Source of the DNA: Macrostomum lignano
Taxonomy: Eukaryota
NCBI GenBank assembly: GCA_002269645.1
Contig: NIVC01003764.1
Coordinates: 14,001-78,000 of the forward strand
DNA: 64,000 nucleotides
Direction of reading: 5' to 3'
The first letter of the stretch is position 1. Each line of letters starts with the position of its first letter. The notes beneath the pieces were generated by a model. That model did no database searches, was not told the DNA's origin, and worked only from the letters and a program-made list of their open reading frames with translations. Of this stretch, positions 1-12,034 are shown in pieces. Position numbers and translations under genes: made by a program.

Positions 1-55
1 CTTAATCCTCACGGCTCTTAATCCTTTCCCTAATCCTCACCACCCATAATCCCAG

Positions 56-1407
56 ATCGAGTTCGGTTGCTGCGAAGCGGCAGAGTTCGCCCGGCAGTTG
101 CTCAGGGGCAGCATAGTGCAGCTGGAGCTGCTGTTCGCACAGCCGGCCGCTCGGCTGTTCGTGTCACCCGCCTTCGACTGGCTGCTGCAGCGGCGGATGC
201 GTCTGGCCACGGAGAACTTCATCAGGCAGCTGCTGGGACTGGCGAGTCAGCTGGTCAGGACGCTGAGCAAAGCGGAGGTGCTTGGCAATAGTTTAAACTT
301 GGTGATTTAGAGTTTGGAGCTTAGTGAATTAAAGTTTGGAGCTTAGTGAATTAGAGTTTATAGCTTAGTGAATTAGAGTTTAGGACTTTAGTGAATTAGA
401 GTTTAGAGCTTAGTGAATTAGAATTTAGCTTGTACAGTTGACGTTGCAATCTCCACCCATCGCAGGTCAACCCAGACCAGTTCCCACCAGCCGAGGCCCG
501 CAAGGTGGGCAAGGCTGCCTACCAGCTTGAGCACAAACTCAACCTTCTGACTGACCTGGCCGCGGGCATCGAACCCCGAGTCACCCTGGAGGGTGCCGAG
601 CGCGAGCGAGTGCTGGCTCTGAGATCAGCTGACTGGGCCGACCCTGCCAGCAGGCGGGCACTGGCTCGGGCCTCACTCGACAGGTAAGACGTTTTAAAGC
701 TCTTTATGTGAGGCTGTTTGACCTTCTAATGTATCCTAGTGCACTGGGACCTTGAAATGTCACCTGATTGAAATTGCAACCTTCAGGTGTTAACAGATTT
801 AAAAAGGACCTTCAAATACTTTAAATTATCGCCTCTTGGAGACAATGGTCCTTCAAATATCACCTGGTAGAGAATATAAGTTTAGTGTCTCTTGGTTAAA
901 ACTTAGACATTCAAATGTTACATAGTTAAAGCTTTGACCTTCAAATGTCACTTCGTTAAAGTTTTGACCTTCAAATGTCACTTCGTTAAAGTTTTGACCT
1001 TCAAATGTCACTTCGTTAAAGTTTTGACCTTCAAATGTCACTTCGTTAAAGTTTTGACCTTCAAATGTCACTTGGTGGAGAATATGACCTATGCTTAGGA
1101 CCATATCACACGTACCTGATGTCATCTGATTAAAGCAGTGACCTTCAAATCTCACCTGGTTAAAACTAGCACCAGGTAGTCATCAGGTGGTGACTTTAAC
1201 CTTCATATGTCACCCAGTAGAATCTCTCCTGTGACTTTTAAACTAGTTTTTCAACCTTCAAAAACGTTCTATCCCAGGCACAGAGCAGTTAAACAAACTC
1301 TGGCATCGCGAAGCAGCCGGCTGGCTGAGAACTGCCCGACAGATTTTCTCACCGACTGGCTGCAAGTTGTGCACTTTGGGAGCCACATCTCCGAGGCTGA
1401 GTCTTGA
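56..1407 (+). CDS. 3' three exons of an RlaP-like (PF10127, Pol-beta superfamily) nucleotidyltransferase; 5' part lies upstream of the window
   Basis: Exons 56-277 (cccag|ATC...GAG|gtgctt), 466-683 (cgcag|GTC...AG|gtaaga) and 1278-1407 (cccag|G...TGA) have compatible phases 0 and 2. They splice to IEFGCCEAAEFARQLLRGSIVQLELLF...FVSPAFDWLLQRRMRLATENFIRQLLGLASQ...KVGKAAYQLEHKLNLL...GIEPRVTLEGAERERVLALR...SRLAENCPTDFLTDWLQVV...*. AATAAA is at 1464-1469. The pattern resembles the C-terminal half of RlaP proteins as I recall it (E..KF..LL.KGN..LE.LF; K..YH..R; RE.LL.I; LPE.P...L..WL). The catalytic GS/DxD motif is not in the window. Confidence 0.65.
305..428. repeat. 22-bp minisatellite (GTTTRGAGCTTAGTGAATTARA) in intron
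   Basis: About 5.5 copies; GCTTAGTGAATT recurs at 319 and 341. Confidence 0.9.
920..1075. repeat. 30-bp minisatellite (GTTTTGACCTTCAAATGTCACTTCGTTAAA) in intron
   Basis: About 5 near-identical copies plus degenerate flanking copies; explains ORF 853..1155. Confidence 0.9.
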
Positions 1408-1649
1408 TACTCAGTGTGACGTCTGTTAGTCGTACAATCATAGTTCCGCTTATATTTATGGCTAATAAACACTTATTCAATTGTGATAAATATGAATAAA
1501 ATTATGTTTATGATTGTATTTATACGCTCGCATTTTATAATTTATAATAAAAAGATTTGCTTTCATGGTCAATTCTGCTGTGATAAATTTTTTAGATCCC
1601 ACCAACCCAAATCCCCATTATACTCGTACCTTCGATCCCTAAGACCTTC

Positions 1650-1995
1650 AATCCCACCACCCCTAATCCCAACCACCCTAATCCCCACCACCCCAAATCT
1701 CCACCACCCCTAATCCCCACCACCCCTAATCCCCAACACCCCTGATCATCCCCACCACCCCTAATCCCCAACACCCCTGATCATCCCCACCACCCCTAAT
1801 CCCCAACACCCCTGATCATCCCCACCACCCCTAATCCCCAACACCCCTGATCATCCCCACCACCCCTAATCCCTACCACCCCTGATCCCACCATCCCTAA
1901 TCCCACCACCCCAAATCCCACCACCCCTAATCCCACCACCCCTAACCCCACCAACCCTAATCCCACCACCCCAATCCCACCACCCTTAATCCCCA
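1650..1995. repeat. C-rich minisatellite (CCCACCACCCCTAAT core, 15-35-bp periods)
   Basis: Directly visible; CCTGATCATC recurs at 1741 and 1776. Confidence 0.85.
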
Positions 1996-3311
1996 CAACT
2001 GCTAATCAGCACCATTTTAAATTGTCACTACGGTCTAATGGTAATCAAATTTTAAAAGTAATAAATATTATAAGCAATGCTAATTAATGTATTTACACTA
2101 TTCAGCTATTCCCAATGAGAATATAAAATTCTATTTTAACAAAATGAGCTAAAATCGAACAATCATTTTGAGCTGCAATGTTTTAATTATGTACGATTTA
2201 GTTCAAAGTTTTATTTTACTTAAACATTTGAGCAAAGCAAACAAGCGAAAGAGAAAAAAATAAGCATTTAAGGTTAGGATAGGGTGATTTTTGTGATAGT
2301 GAAGAGCTGCTAAACTTTTCTACTTTAAGTAGCATATTGAAGATATTAAGAAGTTTAAACAAGCTGCATATATGAAATAACTAGTTGTACATGCAGTTGT
2401 TTAGTTGGTAGCCTTTTTTACTTAAAATTTGGCGTAAATCTGTTTACCTGCTTATAAATTAGTTTTGTGTCCGCTTAATTAGCATGACAAATAAATATTA
2501 TAAGGCGCTAGAGATGCCAGTACTGCGTTAGTAGCAATGGAAACAAAGGTGATTAGCATTGACAGAATACCTAAAGTAACAATTTTCTCCGTCCTCGAAA
2601 GAAAATTTACATCGAAAATAAAAAGATATCTATAGTTCCACTTTTCGAGGACAGCACGGCAGTTTGAAATCGCGCGAAAAATCGGTTAAGAGAAAATCGA
2701 TTTATTAAAACAAAAAGAGGTTACTTACTGAGGTAACCTTTTCGAAATTACGAAGTAGAAATTCACAGACTGACTTCCGTCTTTAAGTCGTGTTTCTCTG
2801 GCGCCAAAAAAAGCAAAAAAATATAAAAATTTCGAAATGGAAATCGAAAAAAGAGAAACACGGAAAGTTGAAAAAGACTTTCTATCGCTTCTGTTCAATT
2901 TGCGTTACTGTAAGTAGAGTGGGCTGACCATGCGAGCGCGTGTTTTGCAAAGCGGTAAAAGCTGCTAAATATACATTAGAAAGCAATAAATATATCTGAT
3001 ATATATTCGTATGTATTGGATGCATTGCTTTGTTTGAGTGACTGAGTCTCTATTTCAGCTCACTTGGACATTCCTGTGGTTGAAATTAAACAGTGTCCGG
3101 AAACTTTTGCAACACCCCTCGCATTAGCGCAATGCGGAAAAAAGCAATTAAATATGGAATGAAGATTTTATTGGATCCTCAAGTACCTTTGCTAGACCGT
3201 TTCTAGGTGAGCTATAGCTGTGTTTCAAAATTTAAAAATGTTTTGCAAACTAACAATGCGTGACTAGCCATCATTTCTTGGAATGCGAGACGCACTATAC
3301 ACTTTAAAAGG

Positions 3312-6300
3312 CTACAAGTCTGTGGTCAGATCTCTTCCACGAGAAGCCGTTTGAGTAGTGTGAGTATCGGTTGGCATCTTGTCCAGCATCCAGCCTCCAT
3401 TGTCGATGGTTGCCGGGCCAACCAGGCATTGAAATCGCAGGCCGGTGTTGCCATCCACCGGCTGAATCGTCTCCGCCCGGAACTCCAGGCCGCTATTGGC
3501 GAATTCCTGGGCGGAGGCGAACAGTTTCGGATGATGATGCCGAAGGCTGACAACGCGACGCGTCAGGTCGCGTTGCAACGCTGTCAGATTATTTCGTCTT
3601 CCAGCCCGACGCTTCTCCTGCTCCAGCTCGTTGCTCGACGTTGTCGCCGCGTCGTCGACGCACCGGACGACAGTCCAGCAGCGAAGCAGCGGGCCGCCAT
3701 CGTCACCAGTGTTGCGCGTCTGCGGGTAGCTGCTCGCCAGGGGGAGGGCGGCGCAGAGAACGAAAGTCGAACCTTGCATCGACGAGCTGCGGTCGGCTTC
3801 GGCAACGGTAGCGACGGATGCGTCAGGGTCCGCCTCTGCAGCCGGGTCGCTCCACGGCAGGAAGGTTGGCGGACGCAGCAGGGTCGGGATGTTGCTGTTG
3901 CTGCTGCTATTGTTGGACATAGAGACTCCGGATAGGACTAACTGGACGCAGCCACCGCTGTCTGCAGAGACGTTCGAAGCTCCTCGCTTAGCCAGTCGAG
4001 CCAGTGGCGGCCCGGCTCGACACGCTGCTCGTCTCAGAGCCGACCGGCAGGCGGCCAGCTGGCGGTCGAAAGCGCAGACGCGACTGTGCGCTGCCCAGTG
4101 CGCTCGACGGCAAGGGTCTGAGCAGTAGCCGACTGTGGCGCAGTTGGGGCAACCGCAGGGACAGCCGCCGTCGCCGCCACTGACGCGACTGCATCGCAGG
4201 TTGCAGCAGCGCCCAATAGCCGACGGAGCTGCTGGCAAAGCTAGCGAATCTGTTGGCTGAGTCTCCGACTTCCGCGCCGACTTCTTGGCGATACAGAACA
4301 GGGCAGCTGCTTCGTCCGCCGTTCGAGACTCGTCGTTGGAAAGTTGCGCGTTTCTACGATCGATCGACTGCAGCAGCGTTCGAGTCTCGGACATCCGGGT
4401 CAGACCGGCTTCGTAGCTCGGCGCCTCGGCGGGACCTTCAGCTAGGAATTTAACGGCTGCTTGTTCTTCTGACTGATGATTTTTCTGGTCTACGGCGTCT
4501 TTCAATCCGGTGGCGTGGACTGCGAGTGAAGAGGACCTCGTTGGTGGCGGCGGAGGCGGCGGCTTGCTGGACGTCGATAAGGTGACTTGACTCGGCTGCG
4601 GCTTCGATGAAAAGTCACTTGGTCGCAGAGTCAGAGTCAGCAGCGGAGGCGGCGGAGGCGTCGGCCGCAGTTGATCTGTTTTACTGACGTCTCCGTCAGG
4701 TGTTCGGCTGTCTAAGCTGCTCTGTTTGATGTAGCGCCTCGGCTGCGAGCCGCTCTCAGTCGACTGGTGTTTCTTGGGTTGCACCAGCTGTTGCGGCTCG
4801 GCTTGTAGACGGTTTGTCATCCCGGCTGGCAGGCTGACAAACTTTGGCATGATGAGCACCGCCCTTGACACCTGATTGGTTGCGGCCGAATCGGACATCG
4901 TTGGGGTTGCTGACGTCACAGACGAAGCCGCTGATGCTGTTGCCACCGCTGCGGCCGCTTCTGACTGAACTTTTCGTCGCCATGGATGTTGCTGTCTCTC
5001 GCCAGGTTGCTTCTGGCGGTCCCAGCATGCCGCTACCGACTGCGGCCGTCCACTGTCGCCGCCATCGCCCAATGGCAAACTGTCAATCCAGTCGGGTAGG
5101 TCAAGGCGCGACAAGGATCTGTGTGCATGACAACGGGAGAGTTTGAAATAATCATGCCTAATCCCGATCCCTGATCCCGATCCCTGATCCCGATCCCTGA
5201 TCCCGATCCCTGATCCCGATCCCTGATCCCGATCCCTGATCCCGATCCCTGATCCCGATCCCTGATCCCGATCCCTGATCCCGATCCCTGATCCCGATCC
5301 CTGATCCCGATCCCTGATCCCGATCCCTGATCCCGATCCCTGATCCCGATCCCTGATCCCGATCCCTGATCCCGATCCCTGATCCCGATCCCTGATCCCG
5401 ATCCCTGATCCCGATCCCTGATCCCGATCCCTGATCCCGATCCCTGATCCCGATCCCTGATCCCGATCCCTGATCCCGATCCCTGATCCCGATCCCTGAT
5501 CCCGATCCCTGATCCCGATCCCTGATCCCGATGACTCACCTACAGATGACCTTCTCGCTCTCAGATTTCGCCCTGGCCTCCAGCCTCTCGATGAAAGTTG
5601 GATGGCACCTGGTCTGAAGTGCTCGCTTCGACTGGCCCGCTGGCTGCTGCCTCTGCCGGTACCTGTCGCCTCCTTTTCTGCTGCCTCTGTCGGCAAGCAG
5701 GTCTTCGCTGGCCGCCCGACCGACTTCTTCCCGGCTTTCGCCGAGGCCTCCAAGATCGGCCAGGCTGCTGGCGCCTCGACGATTAACTGCGCCGATTTCG
5801 TCTAAGTTTGTCTCCGCGAAGGCTTCAACAGCGGCAGCCTCCATCAGGCAGCGGTGCAGTTCGTACAGCGACACGGACTTGCTGTCCTCGCCGCGATCTG
5901 TCAGCGGCGAGTCAGTCGGCGATTCGTCGGCATCTCTAGCGGCATCCAGATCAGTTGATTTGAATCGGCGGCGCCAAAATTCTCGCCGCTGCGCTACCAG
6001 TGTCGGCGGTGGCACCGGCGGCGGCGCCGAGCTCTGGCCGGCGAAGATTCGCAAGGCGTCTTCGTCGCTCATCAAGTGTCGCAGCTCGTAGCCGCGGTGA
6101 CTGTCGGAGCTCAGGGGCTGCTGCTGTACAATGGTCGCTTGAATCGGTGTTAGCAGCGGCTTATCGTCGTCTGGTGATGAGTCGCTGCTGTCCGGAATGA
6201 AGGCCGCCTCCACGGTCAGCGCTGCAATTGGCGGCGCCGCGTCAGTTGTCGCCGCGGCGCTCTCCTTAGCGCTCAACTCCTCTAGCTGACGCTTCAGGCT

Positions 6301-8199
6301 CAGCAGGCGCTGCTGGTGCAGCATCGACTCTGAAGACAAGGCATCCGGGTGACTGCTTCTGCACGCCAGAGACGGCAGCGGCGAGGACGGCGGCGGTGGC
6401 GGTGGCAGCAGCGGCTTCAGGGTCGACGGCGGAAACGTCGCCGAAGGCTGCATTATTGACTCGAGGCCGCCGCCGTCGACACCGACGCCGAAGTAGCCCT
6501 GAGCTGGAGTCCCGACCGCTGACGGGCTCACTGTGCAGGACGTGGAAACCAGAATGTGCAGCAGCTGTGGCTGCGATGCTACTGTCGCAGTCTCGCTGTT
6601 CCGACCGTCGAATCCGTTGAAGTTGCCGCCAACTGCACGGACGATGCCTACGGCGCTGTTGGCGGCGAGCCCGGCCGCTCTAGCCGTCGCCCTGGCAACG
6701 GCGGCTCCGGCGCTGGCTGCGCTGGCCTCCGACGTGACGACGCCAGGCTGTTCCTCGGTGCGGCTGTTGATCCAGCTGCCGTTGTAGTCGGTGACTCTCG
6801 CGCTGGAGGACGCGATGGCTCTGACTGCGCCGGCCAGCTCTGCGGAGGAATCGGCCAGTAATAAATAAACGCATTTTTAAAGGGGCTGGTGCAGTCGAGG
6901 TTTTCATAGCGGGCACTATGGATGCCATAAACTTTTGCCGCTCTTAGCTCGTACCTGGCTACGCGCACCTCCTCATTTCAATTGAGCGTTATGTACTTTT
7001 TTCTGCGTCTCTGGGTGAAGCGTTTTTTTCATCTATATTTACAAACTAACTCTTTGCAAAGGCAGAGAGTCTTAGCAAACTTGTCTCAATCAAGTCAGTT
7101 ACTTTCTTTCTGCTCCAATTATCTCCTAAGTCGAAGGGATTAGGGAGACAGTCACGGGAGAGGAAGGCCTACACGAGTGTCATTTGTTCCTAATTAATCG
7201 ATTGGCTCGTACTATGGGTCCGAGCCAATTAAGTTCTTACTCAATTCTGTATCCATTATGTACTTCCGTAGACAGCCATACCTTTCGGGGCTGCATGCCT
7301 GCGTACAGTACTGACGCGCTTGCATGTGAGTCAGCGGAATGTTCAGATGTCGCCGAAGGCTTTGCGCCAGGGTACCCGCAACTTTCCAGCGAATATTTAT
7401 TTTAGCTCGTACTTATCATTAGCGCTAAAACTACGGCAGTTTGATTTACCTTCTGGCCGCCTTTTAGTGTACTGCATGATCGCATTTGACTCCTCTGCAT
7501 TGTTGCTGTCTTCTTCTGGATCGATCACGTCTGACTCTGCCGACTTGCCAGAAGCTGCTGTCAGCAAGCGCAAGCCTGTCTGACACAGACTCGGATCCGA
7601 GCAGCTGCGGGTCGGGTGCTTCGTCAGCGATCTGCAGCACTCAGTCGGCTGGAAGCCTCTGCCGCAGCTGCCACCGCCGCCGCCGCCGCAGCCGCCACAG
7701 CGGCCTCCTCAGCGATGGCTCCAAGGCGTCGACAGCCGCTACTTGCGCGGCTTTGTCTGCCATTTCGCAGCAGAATCTGCTGCTGCCGGTGCTGCTGCTG
7801 CAGTCGGCGTCGGGCTTCGCGTCGGACGTCGCGTCGGGCCGTCACAGCCGAGGATGCAGCCGCCGCGGCCGTCTGCGGATGTAAGTCCAAGAGGTCCAGG
7901 TCGTCCTGTGAGAGCACTGGCAGTCGCTGCTTGAAATCGACAGTAAAAGCGTTCACAACCGCGGCTGTCGCAGCTTTTGCCGCTGCAGCCGCCGGCGCGT
8001 CAGCTGGCCACTCCGCGTCGCTGGACTCGCTAGACTCCGATGAAGTCGAGTACTCGATGGCCTCGGCGTCGGGCTCATGCAGCCAGGGCCGTCGCAGCCG
8101 TTGCCGATGGGCTCTTGGTTGGTGTTGCTGCTGCTGCTGCTGCTGAGGCTGTTGCTCCTGCTTCGGGGATACAGCAGATTTAGAGGTCCCGCTGTAGTT
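3312..8199 (-). CDS. AJM1: AJM1 (apical junction component 1 / C. elegans AJM-1)-like protein with MYND-type zinc finger, about 1,280 aa in the window; one apparent frameshift
   Basis: Inferred exons are 8199-7450 (gcgtag|AAC...GAA G|gtaaat, one base short of the required phase), 6839-5540 (ttcctccgcag|AG...AG|gtgagt) and 5118-3312 (cacacag|A...TAG). The C-terminus has CPNCATVGYCSDPCRRAHWAAHSRVC, LARLAKRG..GCVQLV, LLRPPTFL and RRVVSLRHHHPKLF...IQPVDGNTGLRFQCLV. These match AJM1-family motifs as recalled (YYCS..C...DW..H...C; RGVSLRH.FP; IYP.D..TG..F.C). Possible further upstream exons are 8560-8484 and 8779-8739 (low confidence). Confidence 0.7.
5157..5532. repeat. 13-bp tandem repeat (ATCCCGATCCCTG) filling an AJM1 intron
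   Basis: About 29 perfect copies beginning 7 nt after the GTGAGT donor; source of the GSGSGIGIRDRDQ pseudo-peptide in the ORF track. Confidence 0.95.
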
Positions 8200-10428
8200 C
8201 TACGCTCACAGCGACTCTTAATGATCTGGACGACCCAGCCAATCGGCGTATAAGCTCCGCATCTCCCATTCAGATTGCTCCGCCCAGCCGTTCCTCATGC
8301 CCACGGAATTCCCACTAGCTTTCGCTTCCATTTCCTCTCCGCATCTCTTAGTATCGCTTGCACTTTTCTCGAGAGAAAAAAAACTTGCTGATGTTGGGTA
8401 CCCCGCAGTGCTGCCCCGAATCCGCGAAAGAGCGGCGATGATGATGAAGAGGGAAACTGGGCGGATGGAGATCGACGAATTACTTTTGCTGCTGCGACCT
8501 GTGTGGCTACTGCATGACTGCTGTGTGTTCTTGTTTGAAAAAGAACTGCCCACTGATGTTCTGCATTAAACATGGCTCTGGGCTTCCATCCATCCAACCT
8601 AATATACACCAACTGAACATTCTTAGCTGCAGAGTTTAGCTGGCGTCAAGACGGCTGTCCCGGATGCGAGTGCGTGTCGTTTGTGACTTACTCTTACTTA
8701 AAGTTGCAAGTACAAATAGAGATGCAAAATTAACTTACCTGCATCGCTTCGGCTGATGGTAGAGCCTCTAGTAGAGGATCTGCAAACGATGGAGATGAAA
8801 CTTGACTTTGGTTTTGCTTGAATGTTTTTGGATCCAACTAATCAGGACAAGAACTGTGACTAAACTCAGACCAGCCTTAGTGACCATGGCTGGTCCTTTT
8901 TGAGGCAACGAGCTAGAAATTGCCGCTAACTTGGCATTCATTTGCTGCCGCTCTGTTTACAGTTTGCGAAAGCAAAAAAAAGAGAATTGAATTGTTAAAC
9001 AGGTGAAAAATATTGTCGTTCCAGTGTCGACTGCACTGCCTTTGAGAATGGAGAGAGGAAAGAGGTTCATTTCCGACTCGGGTAATTCATTGCATTCCGC
9101 GCTCCACTGAAGCATGCCACCCCGTTTCCATATTCAAGTTGGCATGTTGTCGCTGCCCGAATGTAATGCTCGAGTGTAATTGAATTTTAACATGTCATGA
9201 AAGAATTGCAAGAGCGATGGAGAACAACTTCTTCAAAAATGGTTGACTTGACTTAGGCGGCCCTCCCTCCCTTCCTCAAGGACTTCTCCACTCCTCGCTC
9301 CATCTGTTCGGCTCCGCCCCAGCCTTCAATTTCCATGCTACATCCCCGCGGCATGCAGACTACCCTTCAATTCAATTCCAAATTTGCCGTCCCAAGTTGG
9401 TCAAAGAGAAAAAATCGAATAGGAAAAATGGCTTAGGCAGTTTCCGGACAGCTGATCGACCGCGGCCCATGGGGCAGTTCCAGGCCCAAGTAGGGCTTGG
9501 AAGAAAAGTTCTGGAGGAGAGATGGCAATCCGATCCAAGCAATTGTCGCTGGTTGTCAAGCCCAGTCAGCCAGTGGCAAGCGGGGCGGCGCACCCACCCA
9601 CCCACTCGGTCGTGTCCTCGCATCCCTCCCGTGGAGGCAGGCATCAAGCAAGTCAGTTTTTGTCTGTATAACTCTCTAATAAATATTCTAGTAGAAGTTA
9701 AAGCAAATAGAACGTTGGGTTCGGTTTTTGAAAAGTTTTTAACCCCAAACGGAGTCAATTTCCATGGAAAACATGAGTATTGACTTTGAACTAAACAAAA
9801 TCAGTATTTGAATGAATGTATGAGCAGATAGAAAGAGGACAAGAAAAGTGCAAAAGCTTCATAATGGGATTTTTCAGCTCGCGTTGCAGAAATCTCACCT
9901 ACTTTTAGTTATAATCCACTTCCTGTTGCTTCTACTTCACTAGAAATTTCTTTTTATAGTCAAAGAGCTAGAGAGGAAGGGAGAATGGAGTTAAAGAAGA
10001 TGATGAAGCATGAGCTAAATAAGCGAGGCGGAGCGGCGGCGGAGCAGTCACGCATGCTGTGTGCGAGAGCCACTGTGGTCGCATATGGGCTGAATATTCA
10101 TTTGATGCGTGCAGTCCAGACGAGAGACCCGTTCCAACAGGCTATGCTGATTATTCAGAAAAAAATAATGAATGCGAAAAAACTTTCACTAGCGAGGTCT
10201 CAAGACACTTGTGGTGCCTGCAGGGGCCACAACTATCAAAATGAGAGTAACATATCTTTTTCGCTCTATTCGTCTCTAGGGATATTTGAGAAGTCGCATG
10301 ATCGGTCTCATCTGTACCACGTCTTTCACATCAGTGTTGTCCGAAGCGAAAGTGAACCAAGCTTGATAACCTGACAGAAGCTTAATTTTAGCCACCTCTT
10401 GCACAGGGCATCCACCAATGCAAGATAG

Positions 10429-10947
10429 TGGCGCCCACCAAGAGACAAAAGCGCCCACCAAGAGACAGGGACGCCCACCAAGAGACAGAAGCGCCCACCA
10501 AGAGACAGGGGCGCCCACTAAGAGACAGGGACGCCCACCAAGAGACAGGGACGCCCACCAAGAGACAGGGGCGCCCACCAAGAGACAGGGGCGCCAATCA
10601 AGAGACAGGGGCGCCCACCGAGAGACAGGGGCGCCCACTAAGAGACAGGGGCGCCCACCGAGAGACAGGGGCGCCCACTAAGAGACAGGGGCGCCCACCG
10701 AGAGACAGGGGCGCCCACTAAGAGACAGGGACGCCCACCAAGAGACAGGGGGCGCCAATCAAGAGACAGGGACGCCCACCAAGAGACAGGGACGCCCACC
10801 AAGAGACAGGGGCGCCCACCAAGAGACAGGGACGCCCACCAAGAGACAGGGGCGCCCACCAAGAGACAGGGACGCCCACCAAGAGATAGGGGCGCCAATC
10901 AAGTGACAGGGGCGCCAATCAAGAGACAGGAGCGCCCACCAAGAGAC
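10429..10947. repeat. 20-bp minisatellite (CACCAAGAGACAGGGGCGCC)
   Basis: About 26 copies; same family as 58322-58840 in opposite orientation. Confidence 0.95.
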
Positions 10948-10972
10948 TGAAACCTATGTGTCTCAATCCGCA

Positions 10973-11260
10973 GCCCTGTGGTCAAGCGCGGCGCTCTGAT
11001 ATGCCATGCTGCGTCCCAGGCTCGATTCCAAGTGTAGTCCACATTAATCTGGGGCTAAATCGGAATCTCGGCATGGCTCTGCTCGTGTAATTAACACCCA
11101 GCTTAAGGGGCCAACCCCCAAGGCTCAATGAAGTGTACATGCCTAACGATAAATAAAGTTAGGGCCGCTGTACACTCCTGTGTGGGTGTGTGCCTGTGCG
11201 TATGACTGCGTACGTATCCGCGCGCTTGTGTGCCTGCTCAGGGGAGTCGGTGGAATGCCA
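10973..11260 (+). mobile_element. tRNA-derived SINE-like element, copy 1
   Basis: A-box-like TGGTCAAGCG and B-box-like GGCTCGATTCC (11019-11029). The body aligns by eye with 12035-12302: TTAACACCC...AAGTGTRCA.TGCCTRACGAT...GCCGCTGTRCAC...TGTGTGRGTG...GCTCAGG..AGTC.G.GGAATG. Confidence 0.65.
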
Positions 11261-12034
11261 CCAACTGCGTGAGGAAATTGCATAAATCACATGAAGGATT
11301 GAATCGGATTGAATTTATGTACTTCGACCTTTCCCGTCCCGATTTATTGACTTCTAAACTGCGATTTTATTTTTTTCAGTAGAGTCGCGGTTCTACTAAA
11401 ACAAACCAGCTTCCGTGAAGGATTTCAAGCCGTAAAATATGACTAAAGAATTTATTACATTTTCATCGTTCTGGTGTGTAGCAGTTCTATCGTTTGATGC
11501 TTACAAAATATACCGACAAAATTCCTAATTCCAAACAAGATACTGATCTGAAGGCTTGAAGCGAATTGCGCACCCAGACGATCAGAGAGGGGGCACCCTC
11601 TGAAGACGAAAGTTAGGAGGCAGTTGAAGCGTGGGTCTGTCCGTCTTACTTTCTATCCCAGTTAAGCGGCGGGCTACATCTTTATCCTACAGCATTATCG
11701 CTACCCCATGCTACTAGCCACCTGCAGATATGCACTGGCTAAATCACTTTAGAATCCCCATGTGCTGCCCTGCATTTTCTGCGGATTGTGTGACCTCAGT
11801 TGCTCCCTGAACCGCTCTAGGAAAATTAATATTTATTTATTAGATTTTTGTAGATTAGGTAAGGTTAAGGAGCAATATATTCAATACATACAGTTTAAAT
11901 TCACTTACAATATGCCTCGGTTACACATGTAAATAATCGCATTTCAGGGAGCTTGGGCGTACGCATTTATACTTGCCAATACTTAATTCTTGTTCGAACA
12001 ACATTTTCTGCTTACTACTTACTAGTAGTGCACT

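Noticed and set aside
5033-5753. GSGSGIGIRDRDQ repeat as part of the 813-aa protein
   Set aside because: It is the translation of a 13-bp intronic repeat; canonical donor (5539) and acceptor (5119) sites remove it in phase.
11590-11615. Hammerhead-like CTGAAGA-C-GAAA next to a hairpin
   Set aside because: There is no stem II between the core boxes and no NUH triplet correctly placed before stem I.
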